Shown piece by piece: positions 39,301 to 50,100 of a stretch of DNA of 64,000 bases; within the stretch, counting starts at the first letter, position 1; every line of letters starts with the position of its first letter. The position numbers were made by a program, and so were the translations under genes. The stretch is from positions 6,498,301-6,562,300 of the forward strand of contig CM082577.2 in NCBI GenBank assembly GCA_040954595.2, given 5' to 3'. Origin of the DNA: Balanoglossus misakiensis. Taxonomy: Eukaryota > Animalia > Hemichordata. A model generated the notes under the pieces. The model had not been told where the DNA came from, searched no databases, and saw only the letters and a list, made by a program, of their open reading frames with translations.

Positions 39301-41866
39301 CCATAGTAAGATGTGGAAATTTACTTTGTGTATTCACCAAAATATCCCAAGATAGTGAAAAGAAAGTTGAATCATTAAAAACACATTCATGGACTTAAAG
39401 GGCACAGTTTCATTTTGGTAATACCCTGGCATTGCTGTGCACCTGCTGTAGTTGGACAAATACCGGTACTTCCTTCGTAACGATTGTGTATGTTCATTTT
39501 ATTGATGTTTTTATTTTTACAGTTAAGACTAGAGGAAGAAGCAAGGAGGGAAACAGAGCACTTACAACAGACGTGAGTTTGACATGTTTATGGTCCACAA
39601 ATAATATTGAATTCATGTGGGTCTACCATACTCTGTTAATTGATACAGTGAAAGATTTCCGCCATTTTCATATACCTGTTTCTTTAATTCTATTTCATTT
39701 TATTTTGTAGAGTATCACATCTAGAAGAAGAGACCAGCAGGCTGAAAATAGACCACACTCGCGTGAAAGTAGAAAATGAAAAAGTGAAAGAGGTGAGTTA
39801 TCTGTAAAAGTGTTCTATTGTCTACGGCACATCAGGATTGATAACATGGAAGTCTAGTGGGACATGCAGTCAGCACTTTGCTTCAAGGAAGATATATTGC
39901 TCTTTCTTAAAAGGATCCTGTCTCCTCTTATTTGCATATACCAATATATGATTACAGGGCATGTGAAGTCTTCTAATGAATATATGGCAGTGCACATTTT
40001 CCTTGTGATTAGGTCGATGTCAACTTTGCAATGGCTAAATTTGCATAGGGGACTGTATACGCCTCAGGTAGTACGTGCTTCGAAAATCAGTCTCAAATTT
40101 TTTTCTAATATTTTGCTTTTAGGTCACTTTTGATTAGTCTATTTTTAAAACTATAGTATACCAAAGAATCAAAAGGTTTGAAGGACTATCATTTTTCTGA
40201 AAATCTGTCCTGAGGCACATGCTACCTTTAATGTCTTGATCTCAGGTATTCCTTCTTCAATTAGGCATATCAGATAATGGAGTCATTTGCAGTGTACTCT
40301 CTGGGTTCTGGAGTAAGCAAATATAAAACAGGATGGCAGATGAAAAAGGAGTGTGTCAAAAATAAAAAAAGGATAATACTTATTTGTGACGTAATATATT
40401 GTATTTCTTCCCGTTCGGTTTCCAGGAAAATAGGAGACTTCAAACAGACCTGCTCGACAGGGACGATGAAGTCAAGAAAGTTTCCCATGAATACAAGAGG
40501 TACCAGGATCAGTGGAGGAATGAGAGGGGAGCCATGAGGGAAGACATAGAGGCTAATGCAACGGTGAGCTTTTAGTGCCTCTGTGTGTGTCTCAGTCCTT
40601 AAGGTGCCTGTGCTTTGTGATTAGGTTTGGAGGTATAGTGTTCTGTGATGGTGTGTTGAGAGATGAAGACTGACTGTAATAATTGATTGCTCGTGTTATT
40701 GATTGCTTATGTTGGGTTGTCAGAATCTGCTGTTGGCAGAATTAGACATCAGAAATCAATAACAGGCAATTCGAGAGTGAAATCTGACATTTATTGGGTT
40801 GGAAAAAAAATTTGATGCAGCAGGCACTCTGTGATATACATGTGAAATGTCTGCTTTGAAAATATGCTGTATTAAGTGAAAGCTACATACAGTCCTGTCT
40901 CTGTTAGAATTTTGGTGATTCTGCAAGTGTTTCAAAGATTTTCTACAAAGTACCGGTACGTTCAAAGAATGAGAAGATATCACTGACCTTGACCAATTGT
41001 TTTTTGTCTTTTTACAGCTTGTTGTTGAAATGTCCAAGGAATTAGAAGACCTTCGGAGGTACAAAGCTGAACAGAAAAGCATAGGTCGATTTAGGGCAAT
41101 GGACTTACCTAGCAGATGTGCGGAATTAGAATCGGAAATCAAAACCCTCAAACAGGTAAGATTTGCTATAAATTGAGTTGTCGGTGTTTTTAATAGGGGG
41201 AAATGATGTCCAGCCATCTGACTTCTAATTCTTACGTAGTGTGAGATTGTTGCAAATATGCAGACATGGTGTCATTTCCTGACTCTGCCATAACATATTC
41301 TGCTCTAATATAACAGGAGAACATGGCTCTGAAAGAAACCAACGAAGAACTGAATGCCCAGGTGATTCATGGCGGTGTACAGCTGGGCAGGTCCTTGTTG
41401 GAGATTGGACCCTGCAAATCCGATTCCTTTGCCGCGGAGATAGAGACTGCCACAAAGGATGAAGTGAGTGATCTACTTCCCTAACTAATCCTGTGTCTAT
41501 TTTCCAAAAACAAACACTAGTCTGTGAGCGATATTTTATTCCAGAGTAGGCTTATTGACTTGTAAATTGATCCGCCATAAAAAAAAAACATTTTAGTTTC
41601 CAAATCTGTGTAGCCTTATCTGTTTATCACTTCCTATTTTAACCTTTGCAAGGTTATATAAATCAATAAAAAAATCTATACTTGCATCTTGTTCATCTCA
41701 AGACGATTCACCATTAATATTTTTCTTATTGTTCCCATCCTTTTTTTTGCAGATAATGAATGCACTCAAAGAGCAAGAAGGCTTGAATAGAGACTTACGA
41801 GATTACATAGACAGTATTTTAGTTCGAATCTTGGAAAACAACCCGTCCCTTTTAGAAAGAAAGTGA
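18334..41866 (+). CDS. RAB11FIP4: Rab11 family-interacting protein 3/4 orthologue (EF-hands, coiled coil, C-terminal Rab11-binding domain; ~580 aa)
   Basis: Exons 18334-18474, 19999-20101, 26417-26532, 32041-32231, 33611-33790, 37148-37183, 37947-38058, 38782-38885, 39215-39305, 39523-39572, 39711-39792, 40426-40563, 41018-41155, 41317-41463, 41753-41866 (TGA); 1743 nt in frame. [18 protein letters not shown] (EF-hand), [61 protein letters not shown] (FIP-RBD). Likely pro-orthologue of both FIP3 and FIP4. Confidence 0.92.
28581..28601 (+). CDS. Candidate alternative first coding exon of RAB11FIP (MDDDSYQ)
   Basis: CACACCATGG Kozak context, donor CAG|GTAACG, phase 0 matching exon 32041; local CpG enrichment, TATAAAA (28194) and TGAGTCA (28318) upstream. 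Confidence 0.6.
29085..29177. mobile_element. ~90 bp MITE with TTAA ends (piggyBac-like termini)
   Basis: TTAA-CCCTGTCACC ... GGTGATAGGG-TTAA; 10 bp TIR with one mismatch; related copies at 37656 and 38069. Confidence 0.7.
34785..34862 (+). CDS. Candidate 78 nt cassette exon of RAB11FIP
   Basis: Strong pyrimidine tract + CAG acceptor, open frame ([25 protein letters not shown]), donor TG|GTACTA, phase 2-2 matching both flanking exons. Confidence 0.55.
37656..37748. mobile_element. Degenerate copy of TTAA-type MITE
   Basis: Shares TTCACCCC...TAGAGGTCCAAC.TTAC.AT.GAAAACA...TGAAAGGGT with the copy at 38069. Confidence 0.6.
38069..38158. mobile_element. Copy of TTAA-type MITE
   Basis: TTAACCCGTTCACC ... 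GGTGAAAGGGT terminal inverted repeat; same family as 29085 and 37656. Confidence 0.65.
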
Positions 41867-44800
41867 AATCTGCCTGTCTCCCTTGCCAGCTTCAATGAAG
41901 GACTTCTGAAGAACAAGGGTTGTGTATTTGTCAGCTGAGAAAAGGGGTTAATGTGTGTTTTTACTTTTGTGCAATTTACAATTTCAACCCCAGATGGATG
42001 GTACTAATACTGCCGTGGAAATGTTGATGTGGCAGGTTTTGATGTGGGGTGTTTTATGATGAAGTAACGACAAGCATCTCAGGATGGTGCTAGTCGGCGG
42101 TGAAGAGGTGGAAGAAGATGTGTAACAAGATATGGCAGCAGGAACTTCGTGGCATCTTGTGAGAAATGGACAGCTGCTAGTTGCCTGAATAGAAGAGATT
42201 GTAACGTTGTGAAAACCACCTCTTCACAAAGCAACATAGATCTGCATCACTTGAAGGAATGTATAGCGCCCTCTCAGTCAGACAGACAGACAGCCTGTTT
42301 GTTGCAGCCTGACCAACGCTGTTTGAAAACCTATGTATGTGTCCTCAAAGCGAACACTAATGAATAGAGATTGATGACAACTGGACTTGCTGCAACACAA
42401 AAAGGAGTTTTCCCCATGCTGTTAGTGAGAACCAGGACTTGTCATGCATCACTGCAAAACTTAAACGCTGAGTCTGCTGGTATTCGAACGCTGTCTGCTA
42501 CTAACTAATTTCATGCGCGGTACTGTCTAATCCACCAGTGTGCTAAATTATATAGACTGTGCTACATTGCCATGGATTACACGCTAACACTAAAATCCAG
42601 AAAGTTTAACTTTTGACATGGAGACTACTAAATGTGCCCTGCTCCTGTAGTAACCAACTGCAACGTCATAATATAGGCAAAGGGGACTAACTAACTCTTA
42701 ACAGTGCCATAGAATATACATGTATTTCCACATACTGGACAGTTCCATCCCGAACTGCATGTGCAAAGTGGGCAGCATATCTTATCGTCTTTTGCACCTC
42801 ATTTTAACTCCATTGCAATGATCCCGCTTGTAGAGCATTTTAATGTAGAAGTAACTCATTTTGTGTGCTGCAGTTGTAATTTTTACCTTATAGGTAAGCT
42901 TTATCATCAACATTTTCTGGTCAATGATGTCTTCTGTGCTTTCTACACACACTGACTAAATTCACCAATTTGCCAAATTTGGAGACAGTAACCTCAATAT
43001 GACATCCTGCATGTGAACACAGCAGTTTGAAAAAATGCAAAGGTATTTAGAAGTCAGAGACCAAGTCTTACACTCCGATGAATTTCTGGAAGAGTTTAAA
43101 AATGATTGATGGTACTGCAGTTGAGTGTTTTTTTTTTTATTTCTATTTTATTACCAAATGTTTATGAGAAACTCACCACAGGGGGCGCTATAAGTCTGAT
43201 CAGACTGGTCATCAGGTGGCGCTCTTCGACATTTTGCTTGGTGTGACCAAACTTGTAAAATGAGATGTTATATAAATTATTGCAACCAAAGGACATGATT
43301 GATGAAAAGAAAATTTTAAACTGTTGTATAAAATTTCTACATTGTTGTATTTGAAGATATCTATTTTTGAAAATTATTCTGTATATTGGATTTCCTCCAA
43401 AAAGAATAGAATGCAGTTGATCGGGAAACTCTACTATAGTATAAAATTTGCATCGTATTCTCAATGATAATGAACTTCTGTGACTGTCTAGATTTTCTAG
43501 ATGTAAGTTATTTAACAAAGGAATGGTTTAAATTGAGTTTCACATGTTTTGCCAGTGTTGTGTGTGCTATATTTTTAATGTTTCTGTGAGACCAACTTTT
43601 GACAAAGTTTCTTTTTATGCAGGGGCAGAGTTCGAACAGACCATTTTTGGGCGTTAAACAGTTTATTATCTGCAGAATGAAATTTCATGGAACTTGTGTC
43701 GTACATGGTAACGGCACATTACTGCTCATTTACATGAAACGCTCAGAAGTGGTCAGTTCTGCAGCAACCTGCACCAGAGTTGCAAGGAAGCCATTTAACA
43801 ATTTCCCAGATGTCTAGTTTTATAAGCAAATGGTCTGTTGCTTTCCCATTTATATCAAGTCTCTCAATGGAAAAGTACAAAAAATGTATGGGACATTTAC
43901 TGCCTCAGATTTTTTTTAAAGATTTATAGGAAGAAAATCATGAGATGCAGAGCAGTGACATATTTTTTTACGTACTTGAACACCGAAATGGTATATTATG
44001 AGGAAGTGACTTTGTGCAACATCAGATCATGGTGAAACATCAGTCATGCTTGAATATTCCAATTTCGAAAGATGTGAACTCACATAATTTATTGATACTT
44101 TTTCAGTGCAATATTCTTTGAAGTAGCCAGTACTTTTGTGTAGAGCGTGGTTTGCTTTGTTTAAAGTTTTCTCACTAGCATTTTTAGCTGTTTTTGAAAA
44201 AAAATGTGAATTTACCGCTTTGCAGTTGCACTCATTGACAGTTGATGCAATTTTTAAAAAAAATAGATAAATATGAATTAGCGAATAACGATTGCTTTAG
44301 CAGAATCACGTGACATGACTGTAAATATGCCTTAAATTATTGCACTGTTTGTATTAGAAGGGTCATGTTACAACAGAAACAAATCTGTCATATGTCAACG
44401 GCTAAATGATGCACTGTCGCAAACAAAGGCTGCTGATTGGCTGTTGGTAATATGAACAGATGATCAGTTTCAAGGTCCAGTTGCAGCTTTCAGAGTAAGC
44501 CTCCAAAATGTAAACTCCTCATCATAGTTTTGTAGTTTTTATTTCGATTAGTTACACCACCAGGTGAATTCAGGCTTTTAAAGAAAGATTGACAGAAGAT
44601 TGGTCAGAGGTAGATGTCAGGATTGTAGCCACTCATTTGATTGGTTGTGTGTCAACCAATCAGGGCCAGCTCTATTGTGTAGCACCCAATCAGAGTCTTC
44701 TGTCACATAGTGATGCTGGTCACACAATAAACAACGTCCCTTTTCCGAGAGAGAGAACAAATGTCTGTTAAAAAAGGAGTTCTCAAATTTCACAGGCTAG

Positions 44801-45985
44801 ATGCTTTGTAATCTACATTGTAAGACTGAAGGATTTCAACTTTCATAATGTGTCCCCATGCTTGTAAGCTATCGGTGGATTTCATGACAAACAGACACTA
44901 TCGGTGTCTAGAGTTAGAGGCAGATGTTGATTACACTCTTGTCTATAGGCTCACATCTGGAAGTAGCTGTTTTAATTTTACCACTAAAGACTGGATTGTC
45001 AGCTGACAACGCCAGTATATTAGACAAGCAAAGTCTTTTCTGTGAGCCTTACAAATTTGAGTATGCCACTTGTTACTGCACAGTGCTTGAAGCAGGTGAA
45101 GACTGAAGAAGTACTACCTAGTTGTTATTTTACCAATTAATTAAGTATCTGGTGTCAATTACCAGTGGGAAGAAAAAAACAGCATTTTTTAGCACAACAC
45201 GAAATGACAACTCCACTGATGTTATTTTCACCGTTACTATATAAGACTACCTACTGTGCTTTCCAGTTTAATTTCACAAGTTTTTACACGTATTTATTGC
45301 CATGGCGATAACTGACAGCGCACTAAAGTCCCGACATGTTTAAGGGACAAACATCCAAGAATGTGGCTGCTTTAATTCCGCTCCCACTGTTATAGCACTA
45401 AAACTTACCAGCTGCACAATGGCTATTCTCTGGTTTACCTTATCAAGCAGTATACTAGTATACAACATTCTGGGAAGCCTTCTTACACTTTGATGGGACT
45501 GTGATGCGCTGCTTGTTATTGCCACCACAATAGATAGGAAACATTTTGAGTTCATTATTTTTAATTTGTGTAAATTGCATCATGTATGATTTTACTGCAG
45601 AAAATGAACTGAAAGTTCAATTTTTTTTATAAACGATTCTTCATTTCTGTTTTTACTGCAAACATCCCTTTTTTATACAATTTTGCACCGTATTGTCAAA
45701 CTTTGTACAGTTTCTATGTTTTAATTCACGCTTACACTGAAGACCGTCTTTTACATGTAAATGTTGCAGCTTCTTTAAACTGTCCTGGTGCTACCAGCAA
45801 TCTCATGCCGTTCTATGGTTGTCTTACATTTTCCAAGTGGCACCCAAGATCTGACTATGATGAAAAATGTTCTTGCCATGATGGTGTTATCTGCAATGAT
45901 GGTGTTATTTCATCTTATTCAGTTCTTGGCAGTTACTATTTTGTAGAGATTATCTGTGAAAATAAATTCCATGGTCCAATTTTCC
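41867..45985 (+). other. Probable long (~4.1 kb) 3'UTR of RAB11FIP
   Basis: No coding signal, CpG-poor, AU/TGTA-rich; AATAAA at 44726 and 45961, the latter followed by a T-rich downstream element and a shift to CpG-rich DNA. Confidence 0.5.
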
Positions 45986-46904
45986 CAGAAGATGGAATTT
46001 TGTCATTTTATTTTATCAAACCAACCCTCGCACATCACAGAGTGACATACATACACTAATGTAACGATAAGCAGTTTTGTAGTTCGTCCAATCATTGCTC
46101 GTCCATCATTGTGTTGGACCACATGCAGTTGTTATGAAAGAATGGAGGTAAACTTTTGCTTCGTTATTTCATTTTCTGTGTGGAAACTCTTGCAGCATAG
46201 ATCTACACTTCTATAACCTCTCTACAAAACAAAAAGTTGAAAGTTGCTTTTCAGGAGCAAGCTCAGAATATTGGTGCATTGCCCCACCCACATTTAGAGG
46301 TCAGCAAGACCTGTAAGACTCTCCACCAACCCCCAAAATGAAATCAACCCTTTTCATTTTTACAGTCTCTCAGAGGTTCATTGAAGATGATCCCACCAAA
46401 CACGACACCAATAGTTATGGGTCAGAGTTGCTAAGAGATGATACATCTCAGTCTTGCTAAAATGTGATGCAGACAATATCGTCTGGTCGCCAACAAAGGA
46501 CATCTCGCCTGAGGGGGCGTCCTGCTCACACCCCGTGACCAGCGGTGAATACCTGTTTGTGTTCTGCTTTGCAGTGTGCGGGACAATGGAGTTCTGTTGA
46601 TATGAGTGCAAACACAGGTGAAGCTATTATTGTTATGATCACATTTACGATTGTTTACAAGGAGGCAGGCAATAAAAAAGCGTGAGAAAATTTAACTCGC
46701 TCACGCCGGGCAATGTCCGCTGAATAACCAAGGCCTACTTTGGGTTTGAGTCATCGAACTGTGTGACTCTTTGAAAATCCTGTTTAAAGCATAGTGCGTT
46801 GTGGTTAATTTTTATGATAAGGGATTGTTCAGAATTTACTTCCAGGGTGTGGCCGGAGGATTTTTTTTTATTTTCCACCTCCACATCATCATCACCAAAA
46901 AATA

Positions 46905-47108
46905 TTGCTGCAGTTTTGTAGCCCCGCGACTATACCCTTGACGATTTTTGTTTTGTCATCATTTTCTGTGTGGAAACTCTTGCAGCCTAGATCTACACTT
47001 CTATAACCCCTCTACAAACAAAACGTTGAAAGTGTAGATCTAGGCTGCAAGAGTTTCCACACAGAAAATCGTCAAGGGTATAGACGCGGGGCTACATAGC
47101 TGCAGCAA
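46905..47108. mobile_element. 204 bp foldback element with 9 bp flanking direct repeat
   Basis: Arms TTGCTGCAG...GATCTACACTT / AAGTGTAGATC...CTGCAGCAA; CAAAAAATA on both sides (46896-46904, 47109-47117), a length typical of Mutator/Foldback TSDs. Confidence 0.7.
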
Positions 47109-50100
47109 CAAAAAATATTGATAGGTAGTTTTACACACGATGGTGATTTCGGTGATGGAGAGACTCTAAAACACTACCAAAACATATCCCTGGCCTGCAC
47201 ACAAGCTTGGTCACGACTTTAAACTGATGCGTTCATGTTCATTAGGGTCGGTCATTGAACCATAAAGCAAGTCAAGCGACCTTCGACCCATGGTGTGTTT
47301 GTTATGTGTGATGGCTACGATATCATTAGGCAGGGCTGGGGTGTATGTCTTTTTTACGTACATGATTCGACAAAGTCGACCCTCTGTATCTTCAAGCAGA
47401 CTGCTGTGGTGGCGTTTTACAGGTCTAAAACCTTATAGCATTTGGCATAAACGAGAAAGAGACTTGCAATTTTAAAGTTAATCAGTTTTTAATTTAATAA
47501 TCTATTGAAATGGCGCCGAGGAATCAACAGGTAGTTGATACATGTAGGCCCATATACACGTACTGGTACTTTCCTTACACGCGGCGGCCGCGCGCACGTA
47601 TGTACTCACCATATGAGCAATAAAATGACGTCAACAAATTTGTATTTTGTTTACGAATCACGCGACCACGCCGATCAATAACCTCGAATTGTGTCAGATT
47701 CATGGTTAATTAACCGGGTTACCCTTTTCTTCGAGTAGCGTTATAAACGAATTAAACCAACGTTATCTGCATCTTACTGGTAATATGCTATCATCGGTAG
47801 ACACACGACTTTATTGGTAGCGGCAGTAGAAAGAGACTTGTCTTTGTTATCATCCAATGATAATACTAATACTGTTTCCAGTTGTGACGTCTTTAGCAAC
47901 ATCTCTGTAAAAAAAAAGGAGAGTATTAAAGAATATGACTGTTAAAATGCTATGATTGCGCCAGAGATGTGCCATAACTTTAGAGTATTTAGAGAAATAC
48001 TGCATCGACTAGTTCTGAACTTGATCTTTGGACCCAAGTTAGACACGATGCAGCATAGACAGTGTCTACATGTATATGATTGCAGTAGTTCGGCACAAAG
48101 GCGAAATTACAAAGTAGAGAAATCGGGTCTTTCACCGCACTTTGTAGATGCATTTCTGCGCATCATTTTAAACATTTCGATCCGGTCGTGGGTTAGCCTA
48201 CAGAGCGTGGGTAAAGAACGTCATCCTCTCATATGCAATCTAGACACAAGTTTGAAAATGTTAAGATACACACTTTATTGATTCTCAATGCAGTGCAGTA
48301 TCTCCCCTATACAGTTGGCATCGTGCCAGCGCGTCCCCAAAGAACAATGGAAAGTGGACATTCCTAAGTGGTGAGGTAGCTTTTAGTAATCAGGCGTGGG
48401 CTTCCTCGTTTCACATGTAACAACAGGGCCGTGGGTGTACAGACCCTTTCTGGGTAGTACTCTTAAAATTCGAGCGACACATTTTCATCTGGCGACGTCC
48501 GTTTCAGGTGATCCCAAACCTGGCTATATACTTGCGTAGGCTAATCTTTAGAAAATTGACCCGAGTATAGTCAATGAAAGCACGGTGATTGGATGGAGCA
48601 TGGGGCACGATGACGACATCACACGCGGTACACACACAAGGCATTTCCGTTGCACTTGCAACAAAAGAATGACGTAATAGGTATACCATACCCGGACCTA
48701 CTTTTTTTAATGCAACTCCCAGACGGGCAAATCTGTGTTTCCGATTTGTGAAGTCCGGCTGTGAACCCCGTATCAGTCTGTACAAATATTGACAACAACG
48801 GCCAGTACACAACGAGAACGTGTCCAAGTATACAGACGGCACCTTATCAATTACATGTATCTGTAACGTGTCAACCCGATAGTAGATTTTACAACATTTT
48901 TCTATTTTGACTTGCGAAAAATCACTGCCCCCAAAAGTCAATATTGCATTTCAAGGACGGGTATTAACCCTGTAAGAAAAAAAACAACTTTAGGACAAGG
49001 CCCGGCAATGTAATATCTCACAAAGAAAACACTGGCTAGGTAAACAAAGTGACGCTGTATTTGGGGATAATGTCCTTACTGCACGAACCGACGGAGTTGC
49101 GTGACCTTGCTATGACCTTTCACCTCTACTGCACGGTGCAATATTATAACTGACGCAAAGGTCGAATAAATCTATCCCAATGAACGGAGAAGCACGGCGC
49201 AGTTGCAGGGTTTCTTTATTCAGGAATCTTATTAGGCGTACAATTTTTTTCCGCTGAAAGAAACACGGAAAATATGCGCTCTTTTATCTTTGCCCTGCAA
49301 TTGTCTTTTACAAATTCAGCGGTTGTGGTCGAGATTTGCACTTTCGGTACGACCCGCTTTGAAACTATCACACTCCCCCATGTTTCTTTGTATGTACAGC
49401 GTGTTCTTTTCCCTCCGAGGGATTCTTGGTTTTGGCTAAAACTCGTCAAGAAAGTATTCAACTCGCCCTGTGGGCACCAAAGTTTCTTATTGTCCCCAAA
49501 TGGTCTCCCACTGTCACCCATGCGGATGACAAGGCACGTCTGGAATTTGCCTGCAGATTGGTCCGGTCCATTTAGACCAGACCGTCTTGAATGCGATGCG
49601 CATGGGACGCTCAATAGAGAAAATTCTTCCCTTTCTCGCTGATTAGGATTGCACAATATCTGCTCTTCTGTTTTCCCAGCGTGGAGTCGCATTGTCCACT
49701 GCATGACCACAGTATATCGACAACCTCGGCGCGACTTGTCAGTGGGGAGTCTCGCTCGTACTCTGACGCCTTATAATTATTTTAACACCTGTTGATTGGT
49801 GTATCGTCAATGTCCCTACTTAAAGGGGTTTATGGGGTGGGTGGCGGCGGCAAGTGGCTATTTTATGATGGTCCGCGCATGTTTACCACTGCAGGTACGA
49901 TGAGGCCTGGATAGGAGAAACACGGACCGAAGAGAACAGCAAACAATCGTCTTGTGTCTTGAAGGCAAACGCTTCACTGTGTGAATAAAACGATCAGGTC
50001 TACAGCCAGTCTACGCTTATTATACGCGAAAAATAGTGATAAGAGCGACTCAAAATCTGAGTGTTGCCTACAAGTCTAATAGTAATCGGTGAGCCTGTGT

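Noticed and set aside
41864-41938. Stop-codon readthrough extension ending KNKGCVFVS
   Set aside because: TGA-A is not a readthrough context and the Cys is not at the CaaX position.
42006-42028. miR-200/miR-8-like sequence TAATACTGCCGTGGAAATGTTGA
   Set aside because: No pre-miRNA-like hairpin; the candidate mature overlaps the loop.
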